This document shows positions 6,831-15,350 of a stretch of DNA of 25,629 nucleotides, piece after piece. The stretch's first letter is position 1. Every line of letters begins with the position of its first letter. The notes beneath the pieces were generated by a model. That model searched no databases and was not told the origin of the DNA. It worked only from the letters and a program-made list of their open reading frames with translations. Source of the DNA: a candidate division WOR-3 bacterium (GTDB lineage: Bacteria > Hydrothermota > Tepidihabitantia > SM23-42 > JAOAFX01); NCBI GenBank assembly GCA_037444665.1, contig JBBILZ010000038.1, forward strand, positions 1-25,629, given 5' to 3'. Made by a program: the position numbers and the translations under genes.

Positions 6831-8933
6831 TTAAAAATATACCAGATACTTTGCCTTTATTGCCCCAACCTGATTCTGTAACCTAAGACTGCCATTCTGA
6901 TCTGTGCGATAGTCATTTAAAGCAATATATAACCACGATTTGGGCTTAAAATTATAAGAAAAGAGAAAACCAAAGCGATTGGTCAAAAATTCTGTAGCAC
7001 CAAAGTCTGTGCCCGGTGTAGTAAAGACAAATTCATTGAAGATGCCAAAGGTCATTTTTGGGGTAATCGTAAAATCTATCCTCGGCGTTGCCATGGGCCA
7101 GATCGCAATGATTGTATTTGTCGTATCCCATTCTACCCAGGAATAAGAATCAAAATTTATTGAAACACGGGGCATTATTGTCCAGTAAAACCCATGATAG
7201 GTATTTGCCTGATACCCAAGAAATCCCCGATAATAATTGTAAGAATAACTCACATTACCACCTGCCCAGATATTATAACTTGGACCATTACCCCAGATTG
7301 ATAGATTCACATTCCTTGTAAGATAACTGGTATCTGACTCATAATAAGGCCCTGCCTCAAGCTCCAGATTCCCACCCCAATTATTCCTGAAATTGGGATT
7401 GAAACATATAAATCCAATCCTTGACCAGTCTTTTCCACCTGGTATCCGACCTATCGCACCACCAAAACCAAGCCAGAGATTCCTCATAAAACCTTTTGGG
7501 TAGGTCTTATATGGACCAGTAAAGAATAAAAACTGCCTCACACCTGCCCAGGGCACATATCCAATATCCTTTACATCAAATGAATCTCCTATCCACTGCA
7601 CACTGCCTAAAGTAAGAAAATTCTTAATAAAACCCATATACCCTGAATTGAATGCCCACCCTTTTTTGTTGTCTCTGTCACTGAATGCAGTCTGCATAAT
7701 AAACTGATTCGGACCTGAACGATATGCACCATCAAGACCAATTGCATAATTATATGTATCACTATTTACTGCTGTGCCACTGAAAAGTATGCCTAAGTCT
7801 GAGGCAGATAAAACCTTATACTTTGCCCTCAATACACCAAAGCCACGAGCCGGCTCAATCAGGGTATCATTATGCTTTATCTTATCAGTATATGCACCAA
7901 AAAGACCATAATTCAATCTCTCGGATTTACTTGTTAATTTCAAACCCCCAATTATATCCACAACTTCACTATTGATTGATTTACCTATTCTCCGCGAATA
8001 GAAAATCCGCAATGGCTTAAAGAATCCTGTACCCTGACCAAAGTCTGACATCCGAAAGATATCTGCACCCTCAAGGAAGAATGGCCTTCGCTCACTCAGA
8101 TAGGTCTCATACTGGGTTAAATTCAATGTGAATGGGTCAGATTCAATCTGGGCAAAGTCAGGAAATGCAGTGGCATTGAGTGTGGTCTGGGAAGTAATAT
8201 CCCATTTAAGATTCATACTACCACTGAATTTGGTTTCAGTCTTAACACTATCTTTATCACGGCGCAAAAAACCCTCAGGATAGATTTCAAAATAATAACC
8301 AGTTGCCTGGGGATTGATATTCTTTAATGTGCCAAACTTTGAAACGAGCATCCCCTCTTTCTGTGAGACTTCGGTCCAGTAATCAGTCTCCTGATTTGAA
8401 GAGATATAACGCTTAAAGTTTATTCCCCATTCAGAAAGTCCCTTTTTATAACGAATGGACTTGAATGGTATTTTAATCTCAACTTCATAATGGTCATCAT
8501 AGACTTTTACTGCATAATCCCAGACCCCATCCCAGGAATCGTCCCTTGTCCTGCCGTCATCAAGAACTAAACCATCAGAATATATGCCACTTATATGAAC
8601 GGCAAATGAGTAGGCGGTTGTCTTAATACCAAATGGGTCAATATATAATACAACTGCATCATCATTTGAACTCATCTGATTTACTGGCTTTGAATTCAAT
8701 GTCCAGCATCTGAATGCAACAAATAGGTTATTTTTGTCCTGTAAAAGATAGACCACTGTATTATCGGTTGGTTTTTCTTTCTCATAAGGAAAGGTCTGGA
8801 TAAAATCATAGGTAGAATCTGCATTCTGCCAGATTTCTTCAATATACCCATCAACCACTGGTGCAACCTCACAAAACCGCACCTCAAGGGATTTGTTTGC
8901 CGAACATAATAAAAAGATTATTAAAAAATCCAT
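6831..8933 (-). CDS. DUF5916 / carbohydrate-binding family 9-like putative outer-membrane protein
   Basis: N-terminal hydrophobic signal; P-VVDG...W and SWDGVW...EIKIPFKSIRY (CBM9-like); PDFAQIESD, ERRPFFLEG, FYSRRIG motifs; C-terminal KAKYLVYF beta-barrel-type ending. Confidence 0.8.
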   Translation of the reverse strand: MDFLIIFLLCSANKSLEVRFCEVAPVVDGYIEEIWQNADSTYDFIQTFPYEKEKPTDNTVVYLLQDKNNLFVAFRCWTLNSKPVNQMSSNDDAVVLYIDPFGIKTTAYSFAVHISGIYSDGLVLDDGRTRDDSWDGVWDYAVKVYDDHYEVEIKIPFKSIRYKKGLSEWGINFKRYISSNQETDYWTEVSQKEGMLVSKFGTLKNINPQATGYYFEIYPEGFLRRDKDSVKTETKFSGSMNLKWDITSQTTLNATAFPDFAQIESDPFTLNLTQYETYLSERRPFFLEGADIFRMSDFGQGTGFFKPLRIFYSRRIGKSINSEVVDIIGGLKLTSKSERLNYGLFGAYTDKIKHNDTLIEPARGFGVLRAKYKVLSASDLGILFSGTAVNSDTYNYAIGLDGAYRSGPNQFIMQTAFSDRDNKKGWAFNSGYMGFIKNFLTLGSVQWIGDSFDVKDIGYVPWAGVRQFLFFTGPYKTYPKGFMRNLWLGFGGAIGRIPGGKDWSRIGFICFNPNFRNNWGGNLELEAGPYYESDTSYLTRNVNLSIWGNGPSYNIWAGGNVSYSYNYYRGFLGYQANTYHGFYWTIMPRVSINFDSYSWVEWDTTNTIIAIWPMATPRIDFTITPKMTFGIFNEFVFTTPGTDFGATEFLTNRFGFLFSYNFKPKSWLYIALNDYRTDQNGSLRLQNQVGAIKAKYLVYF

Positions 8934-9085
8934 AAACCTCCTTTGATTGTGAAATACCGAATATCAATTAAACTCCTATTTCTAAACATTATTAAATTTC
9001 TGTCTCGCCAGCATCCCAACCACAACCCCAAACCATCTTTTATTTGTAATACGCAATTTATACAAAAAAGTTTCAATTTATTTTA

Positions 9086-9763
9086 TCATTTAACAGAAAA
9101 CCTACCGTCGTCTGGAACTTTTAAAAACAGACACCCTGCTCCCTTTTCCTTAGTCTCACGGTCAAACAGAGATAAATCAATACGCAAATATTCTTCCCTA
9201 TATTCTTTTCTTAACGCACACTGGATAAGATAACTAATAATTTGCTTACCCTTACCTGCAGATTCATTTACTGAACTGATTTCTAAAATTTCACTTCGCA
9301 CACCGTTGATTTTAATCTCAATATCGTCAGGTAATATTTTTGGTGCAATATCAACCAGCTTCATCTTTTTCACAACATCAACACCACCTTGGTTCTGAAC
9401 TCTTTTAAGACTCATCGGTCTGAAGTAAATCATTATTGACCGAATGGGCGTCTGTGGAATAAATGCATTCATTGCATAAATCTCAAGTCCATCAATGCGA
9501 GGATTAATTTTTAAATCTTTATATGCCGGAACATTCCAAACCCAGTATTCAAGATTTTTGCTCTTATAATCCTTACATGCCATCAGGGCTAAATATGTTC
9601 CGGGTTTAACTAGAATCTTATACCTGCCACTGGCATCAGAATGCGTTTTATAAAGTGTCTTAAAATCGCAACCCATAATCTCAACTTCTGCATCCACAAT
9701 AACTTTGCCTCTAAAATCTGTCACCCTGCCGGAAATTTTAGCAAGTTTTCTCTTCATCACCAT
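9086..9763 (-). CDS. Carboxypeptidase-regulatory-like (transthyretin-like fold) domain protein
   Basis: ISGRVTD...DAEVEI...SDASGRYKILVKPGTY pattern; no signal peptide; start may be 9763, 9760 or 9757. Confidence 0.65.
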   Translation of the reverse strand: MVMKRKLAKISGRVTDFRGKVIVDAEVEIMGCDFKTLYKTHSDASGRYKILVKPGTYLALMACKDYKSKNLEYWVWNVPAYKDLKINPRIDGLEIYAMNAFIPQTPIRSIMIYFRPMSLKRVQNQGGVDVVKKMKLVDIAPKILPDDIEIKINGVRSEILEISSVNESAGKGKQIISYLIQCALRKEYREEYLRIDLSLFDRETKEKGAGCLFLKVPDDGRFSVK

Positions 9764-9766
9764 AGT

Positions 9767-9794
9767 ATTTTATACAAATTTCCCTAAAATCCAA
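9767..9794 (-). promoter_or_regulatory. Possible sigma70-type promoter giving a leaderless mRNA
   Basis: TTGGAT-N16-TAAAAT directly ahead of ATG-GTG-ATG; no SD sequence. Confidence 0.4.
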
Positions 9795-9864
9795 GTGTTC
9801 CATTAATAAATACAAATCTTCACTCGGTTCTTTGTCAAAAGGTTACTTTTGTATCTTTCTCTCA

Positions 9865-11538
9865 CTATGTTGTCTTAGAGTTACAAATTTCTCCATTCTT
9901 GATTTTGTAGACATAATCTGCCATTCTTAGTAGTGAATGCCGATGTGTAGTAATTAATACCGTTCTATTTTCCGCAAGTTTCTTCAACTCCTTCAAAATC
10001 TTATCTTCTGTAGACCTATCTAAGGCTGAAGTTGGTTCATCCATAATTATAATTGGTGGTGATTTAAGAAAGATACGGGCAATGGCAATTCTCTGGCGCT
10101 CACCCCCTGAAAGAGAAAATCCACGCTCTCCAACCACTGTTTGAAAACCGCTGGGCAGTGCCACAATAAATTCATAAAGACCTGCCTTCCTTGTCGCCTC
10201 TTTAATTTCTTCTTCGGTAGCATCTAAGCGGGCAATTTGAATATTCTCATAAATAGAGCGATTAAAGATATAAGTATCTTGCTCCATCAGCCCTATCATC
10301 CTCAACCATTCTTCTAGTTTAACATCATTTAAGTCAACATTATTTATCCTTATTACGCCTGACTCAGGTTTAAGAAATCCCAAAAGTAAGTTAACAAGTG
10401 TAGTCTTTCCAGAACCAGAATATCCCATTAATGCGACTATCTTTGACCTTGGAATTTTTAAATGAATATTATTTAGGATGGGTTTGTGATTATCATAGCT
10501 GAATTTGACTCTTTCAAAGCAAATATATTCAATATTTGTTGGTAAAGGCGAGTATATTTTTTTAATTGGGGATGGTTTGTATTGGCGGAATTCATAAAGC
10601 CTTTCAATTGAAGCGATGGCAGGTTGTAGACCACTTACCAGTACGGATAAACCTCTTAGTGGCGTAGTTGCAGTCATAAAAAGGAGTATAAAACTCATAA
10701 ATCCGCCAACGGACAAACTATTTCGCATAACTTCGTTAATTCCTATCCATATAAGAACTCCCAAAATTGGAAAATATAACAGTGTAGGAATACTAGAACC
10801 AAAGATTATATTCCGCCAAGAAAAATGCCATTGGACCTTTAAGTATAGATAAAGCTGGGAGGCAAAGACTTTTTTTTCGTTCTCCTCTAAACCAAAGGCG
10901 TGAATTATATTTATCCCCTGGAGAGTCTCTTGAATTCTTGCTCCAAGTTGAGCATAATATTCTTGGATCTTTTTAGCCCAAGGGCGTAGCCGGGGCGCGA
11001 TGAAATATAAGTTTAATATAAATAGCGGATATATAGTAAGTCCGATTAGCGCAAGTTTGGAGTTAAGAGAGAGCAAGGACCAAACAAGGAAGATTGCAGA
11101 TAATACCTGACCCAAAGCCATTAAATTTTCTTTACTTATCAATTCCATAGACCCCTCTACATCCTTTAATATCCGCTGGAGTATGTATCCAGATTGTTTA
11201 GAAAAAATAACTGCCGTAGGTATTCCTAAGGAATGATTATAGAAATATTCCCGGAGAGTTTGCTCGATGCGCAGTTTTAATCTTAAAAACAAAATTCCTT
11301 TGAGAATATTAAAACAAAATCCAAAAGTAATTACCACCAGATAAATAATCCCCCATCGCATAAGAACCATTGGTTCTTTGGTATAGACGGCTGCATCAAC
11401 CAATGGTTTAATAAATAAGAAATAGCACATTGTAATAATCTCGGCAGCAATAAAAAGAATGGAAACGATAATAAAGTTTAGCCAAAGTTTATTGAAAAAG
11501 GTTGAGAAATACCAGCAAAGCAGTTTCTTTGCCTTCAT
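9865..11538 (-). CDS. ABC exporter, fused permease + ATPase, without a C39 peptidase domain
   Basis: Hydrophobic N-terminal half; Walker A GYSGSGKT, signature LSGGERQR, Walker B IIIMDEP, H-loop TTHR. Confidence 0.95.
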   Translation of the reverse strand: MKAKKLLCWYFSTFFNKLWLNFIIVSILFIAAEIITMCYFLFIKPLVDAAVYTKEPMVLMRWGIIYLVVITFGFCFNILKGILFLRLKLRIEQTLREYFYNHSLGIPTAVIFSKQSGYILQRILKDVEGSMELISKENLMALGQVLSAIFLVWSLLSLNSKLALIGLTIYPLFILNLYFIAPRLRPWAKKIQEYYAQLGARIQETLQGINIIHAFGLEENEKKVFASQLYLYLKVQWHFSWRNIIFGSSIPTLLYFPILGVLIWIGINEVMRNSLSVGGFMSFILLFMTATTPLRGLSVLVSGLQPAIASIERLYEFRQYKPSPIKKIYSPLPTNIEYICFERVKFSYDNHKPILNNIHLKIPRSKIVALMGYSGSGKTTLVNLLLGFLKPESGVIRINNVDLNDVKLEEWLRMIGLMEQDTYIFNRSIYENIQIARLDATEEEIKEATRKAGLYEFIVALPSGFQTVVGERGFSLSGGERQRIAIARIFLKSPPIIIMDEPTSALDRSTEDKILKELKKLAENRTVLITTHRHSLLRMADYVYKIKNGEICNSKTT

Positions 11539-11551
11539 ATTAAAAAATCAA

Positions 11552-12856
11552 TCAGTTTTCTTTCCTTTTTTCTGCATGCAGAAGTAGTAATTGTTTGAAT
11601 ATATACCGCCAGTAAATACAACCCGACTCGCGATTCTCAGGTTCAGTCTCTCTGCGCCGGGGGCATCCTCCTAAGCAGATAGGAACGATGGGACAACACA
11701 AACACCCTTCAGTCGCCCGCCAATTAGAAAAGATCCATTCTATGGTGCGATTTTTCTTCAAATCTATTCCAGTTTCAATGTTACCCACAGCCTTATCTTC
11801 ATCACCAACATCTTCCCAACACGCATATATTTCTCCGCATGGTCCTATCACCCAGCTAGAAAATTTTTTCCAAATACAACTATTAAAAGAAGGATAAAGG
11901 GCTGGTAATGGTAAATTCAATCGCCTCATCTCCTTTAATATCTTTAAATAATATTGACCAAAATTTGATGTCGTGAATAATGTATCTCCACGGGATTTAC
12001 ATATAGAACCTGCTTTAGAAATGACCTGGCCGAAATTAATCGTCAACCGATCCCAATTCTTTATTGAAGCAGCTAAGTCTTTTAAAAAAGGGAGCATATA
12101 TTTTTCATTCTCTTTATCAATATTTATTCTTAATTTTACCCTGATATCGATTTTATTAGCAAGGATATCAAAAATATTTCGCATTATAATATCATAGGTG
12201 CCAGTTCCATCCTTAAAAGGTCGTCGGAAGTTGTGAATTTCAGATGGGCCATCAATCGTTACTTGTGCATCTGTAATTTTACATAACGAAAAGAAATCTC
12301 TGTCGCATTCTGATATTAACGTTCCATTTGTAACCAACCCAGCGGTATATTTAATATCCCGTTTACTACATTCAGTTTGAATGGTTTGTGATATTTTAGC
12401 AATTGTATCCATCTCTAAAAGGGGTTCGCCTCCATACCAAGTAATGTGCAAAGAGGCTGGATGAAATTCATCTATCTTTTGTAGAATAAAAATAATCACC
12501 TTTTTTGTGATAGAAGCATCCATACCGACATTTTTGTTTGTAGTCGTTTCATAGCAGTAAATGCACTGCAGGTTGCAAAAAAGAGTGGGGATTATTGTGA
12601 AACTGATATTCACTGATGAATATTTCAGTGAATAATAGAGGTGGTTAACATAAGATATTTCATTAAATGCATTCGGCACCCAAAAAAGTCCTTTTACCAA
12701 CTCCTGAATCACTTCAGATGATATGGAAGTTTCTTTTCCTTCTAAAAAGGCAACTATTTTACCATCTATCTTACACAAGGCATTCGTTAACGGATTATAT
12801 GCTAAATAGTTATCTTTACCGAAAGGAATTATTAAATTAAATTTATTTTTTCGCAT
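11552..12856 (-). CDS. Radical SAM/SPASM peptide maturase
   Basis: CNLQCIYC, WYGGEPL, TNG, TIDG; SPASM C...GPCGEIYAC...CLCCPIVPICLGGC...C; ~80-aa N-terminal extension (possible RRE); start placed at MRKNKF (12856) rather than TTG 12883. Confidence 0.92.
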   Translation of the reverse strand: MRKNKFNLIIPFGKDNYLAYNPLTNALCKIDGKIVAFLEGKETSISSEVIQELVKGLFWVPNAFNEISYVNHLYYSLKYSSVNISFTIIPTLFCNLQCIYCYETTTNKNVGMDASITKKVIIFILQKIDEFHPASLHITWYGGEPLLEMDTIAKISQTIQTECSKRDIKYTAGLVTNGTLISECDRDFFSLCKITDAQVTIDGPSEIHNFRRPFKDGTGTYDIIMRNIFDILANKIDIRVKLRINIDKENEKYMLPFLKDLAASIKNWDRLTINFGQVISKAGSICKSRGDTLFTTSNFGQYYLKILKEMRRLNLPLPALYPSFNSCIWKKFSSWVIGPCGEIYACWEDVGDEDKAVGNIETGIDLKKNRTIEWIFSNWRATEGCLCCPIVPICLGGCPRRRETEPENRESGCIYWRYIFKQLLLLHAEKRKEN

Positions 12857-12904
12857 AATGCACTCTTTCTCCCTTTTATGCAAAAATTTTAATCTTTGTG
12901 AGTT

Positions 12905-12947
12905 AAAAAGGTGCCCATGTAAAGAGCATTACTTAACACGGGCACCT
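12905..12947 (-). terminator. Terminator-like hairpin between the Cys-rich peptide and the maturase
   Basis: - strand AGGUGCCCGUGU...ACAUGGGCACCU (one G-U pair) followed by a U-run. Confidence 0.75.
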
Positions 12948-12972
12948 ACCCAATATAAAAATCATCTTCCGC

Positions 12973-13092
12973 CTATTCTACTTCGTATCCAGATCCACCG
13001 AGGCAAAAACAAATAGGCGAACAAAACTCACTACATTTAACACCACATGGCCCGCCTATGGGCGATGATGGTTTTTCAATCCATGAAAGCAT
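12973..13092 (-). CDS. 39-aa Cys-rich RiPP precursor MLSWIEKPSSPIGGPCGVKCSEFCSPICFCLGGSGYEVE (not in ORF track)
   Basis: Hand-translated; AGGAGGT RBS 4 nt before ATG; ATG ~17 nt after the predicted sigma54 start site; CxxxCxxxCxxxCxC; directly upstream of rSAM/SPASM + ABC exporter. Confidence 0.85.
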   Translation of the reverse strand: MLSWIEKPSSPIGGPCGVKCSEFCSPICFCLGGSGYEVE

Positions 13093-13119
13093 TTATACCT
13101 CCTTTCGGAAATTTATATA

Positions 13120-13136
13120 TGCAAAAACCGTGCCAG
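13120..13136 (-). promoter_or_regulatory. Sigma54 (-24/-12) promoter, cassette A
   Basis: CTGGCACGGTTTTTGCA, consensus match; a sigma54 activator gene lies just upstream. Confidence 0.92.
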
Positions 13137-13174
13137 GTGCAAAGTGTTGAAATTTCAAGACTTTTAATTTTTCT

Positions 13175-13293
13175 TGTCTCATCCAGTGAGACAGGTTTTT
13201 TGAAAAATTTCAGCAAAAATCGTGTAAATGCAGGCCGGTTCTGCATTTGCGGGTGTCTCATCTGGTGAGACACCTGTCTCATAAAATGAGACA
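13175..13293. promoter_or_regulatory. Three perfect palindromes TGTCTCA-N5-TGAGACA, putative enhancer-binding-protein sites
   Basis: At 13175-13193, 13254-13272 and 13275-13293; TGT...ACA architecture typical of Fis-type EBP sites. Confidence 0.8.
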
Positions 13294-13473
13294 AACATGA
13301 AAATTTCATTAAATTTTAAGTTACACACGGTAAAACTGTTGAAATTTCATAACTTTTTTCAAAATTCTACGGCAAATTCAGTAAATTTCTAAGGGAAATG
13401 GTTGAAAATCTCTGACCGGGATATCCTTAAGAAAAATTTTAACATTCTATTTTTTTTCTTTTTGTCAGTTTTA

Positions 13474-13517
13474 GGGATTGCCACGCCCGCCGAGAATCGC
13501 GGTGGGCTCGCAATGAC
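13474..13517. repeat. Partial REP/RPE-like palindromic element
   Basis: GGGATTGCCACGCCCGCCG...CGGTGGGCTCGCAATGAC; resembles the right half of 6667-6771. Confidence 0.55.
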
Positions 13518-13556
13518 ACTGAGTATGAATAATGCGGGTTAGACCGAAGGCAAAAA

Positions 13557-15350
13557 TTAGTCACCTACTTTTTTGTTGACTATCTTGAGGTACCGATAGA
13601 GCTGGGCACGGGATATTTTTAGACTTGCACAGGTCTTTTTAATATCTTTATTGTTTGAAATAAAACATTCGTAAATTAACTTTGCTTTATATTGCTTAAC
13701 CTTTTCTTCAATTGACAATGGCTCAATAGATTTTAATCCCAAATCCTCCACACCAATCTCAGACTTTTTACAGAATAGGTATGCCTGCCTTAATATGCCT
13801 TCAAGTTCTCTAACATTTCCCGGAAAGTCATAATTTGTTAGCGCAGCTATTGCCTCCTCAGAGATGCCTTCAACAAAATTCTTAGACTGACTTTTTAACT
13901 TTAAAAATATGTGCCATACCAGTTCAGGAATCTCCTCCTTTCGTTCACGCAGGGGTGGAATCCGAATTGAAGGTGAATAGATACGATAGTATAGGTCTTC
14001 ACGGAATTTTTTATCCCGGACCATCTGCTTTAAGTCTTTATTCGTCGCAAAGATAAATCGCACATCAACTTTTTTTGCTTCATTTGAACCGAGTCTACAT
14101 ACTACCCTGTCCTCAAGCACTCGTAATAGTTTACCCTGAACATCTAAGGGCAGATCACCAACTTCATCTAAGAAGAGCGTCCCCTTATCAGCAAATACTA
14201 TCTTACCCTCACGGTCTGCGCGGGCATCAGTGAATGCACCTTTTTTATAACCGAATAACTCAGCCTCAAAGAGATTCTCAGGAATTGTATTACAATTTAC
14301 TGCCACAAATCTACCAGCTGCCCTTTTACTTTCATTATGAATCGCTGAGGCAAGCAATTCCTTGCCTGTTCCACTCTCACCAATAATCAAGATATTTGAT
14401 TCCTGATGTGCCAGACGTCTTGCCTCTCTTTTTATTGCTTTTAGTCCAATAATATCCTCAAATGTAAATTTTGCCAGTGTACTATTTATCTTCTCACTTT
14501 TTTCAAGTTCCTCCTGCACGAGTTCAAATAAGAATAAATAATTTTTATTATAAGATTTACGCACCACAAGAAAACTCTTTTCCAGTATTTGTGAGTATAT
14601 CACCCGATTTATAATCTCTTGCCTCTGCAATAATTTTTCATCAAAATAACCAGTTATATTGTTCCCTTTTTCTATTTTTAATAATTTCCCTGCACAGGGA
14701 TTGAGATAGCATATCACACCATCCAGGTCTGTCACGACTATGGCAGTATGTAAGGTATTACAAACTGAAATCACAAAATTCCCCTCTAATACATTCTCGT
14801 ATTCTTTTTCGATCAGCATTGCTAAGGTCTGAACCAGGGCAAATGTATGAGGATGACCAATTTTATGAGGATGCACTATTACAATCGTTCCTAATAATGT
14901 ATGATTATTAAAGATCGGCGCACTAAAACACGCACCTTTCTGGAAAATTTTTAGATAATATTCCTTACCGGCAACAAAGACTGGTTTCTTATGTTTGATA
15001 CTGAGGGCTACCGCATTTGTCCCTGCATCCTCTTCACGCAAGGAAACACCTTCAGCTAAATCCATACGAATGCGCTGCCGCAATATTTTATCTGGACCAA
15101 TGACTTTTATAACATAACCTTCACTATCAGTCAAAACTATTATTGAATCACACATTCTAAATATATCACTGCAAATTTTCATATAAGGGAATGCTGAGGT
15201 TATGAAAATTTCATTATCTTTTTGACATTTGATGAGCGCAGAACTGGATAGTCTCCTGGTAAGACGACGCCTATCAGGAGCAAGTCCCATTCTCTGACAA
15301 CGGTCTTTTGATTCAATTATCCATTTTTTCCGCTCATCATTTTTCTTCAT
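13557..15350 (-). CDS. Sigma54-dependent transcriptional activator (AcoR-like: GAF - PAS-like - AAA+ - Fis HTH)
   Basis: I-ES--RC-R-GL and GTNAVAL (AcoR-type N-terminus); GESGTGKE, ELFGYKKGAFTDA, TLFLDEVG, FREDLYYR, FPGNVREL; HTH LKISRAQLYRYLK; AGGAG RBS. Confidence 0.93.
   Translation of the reverse strand: MKKNDERKKWIIESKDRCQRMGLAPDRRRLTRRLSSSALIKCQKDNEIFITSAFPYMKICSDIFRMCDSIIVLTDSEGYVIKVIGPDKILRQRIRMDLAEGVSLREEDAGTNAVALSIKHKKPVFVAGKEYYLKIFQKGACFSAPIFNNHTLLGTIVIVHPHKIGHPHTFALVQTLAMLIEKEYENVLEGNFVISVCNTLHTAIVVTDLDGVICYLNPCAGKLLKIEKGNNITGYFDEKLLQRQEIINRVIYSQILEKSFLVVRKSYNKNYLFLFELVQEELEKSEKINSTLAKFTFEDIIGLKAIKREARRLAHQESNILIIGESGTGKELLASAIHNESKRAAGRFVAVNCNTIPENLFEAELFGYKKGAFTDARADREGKIVFADKGTLFLDEVGDLPLDVQGKLLRVLEDRVVCRLGSNEAKKVDVRFIFATNKDLKQMVRDKKFREDLYYRIYSPSIRIPPLRERKEEIPELVWHIFLKLKSQSKNFVEGISEEAIAALTNYDFPGNVRELEGILRQAYLFCKKSEIGVEDLGLKSIEPLSIEEKVKQYKAKLIYECFISNNKDIKKTCASLKISRAQLYRYLKIVNKKVGD

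Noticed and set aside
12985..13025. Similarity of precursor CSPICFCLGG to the maturase SPASM segment CPIVPICLGGC
   Set aside because: Short Cys/Gly-rich match to a generic SPASM motif; probably coincidence.
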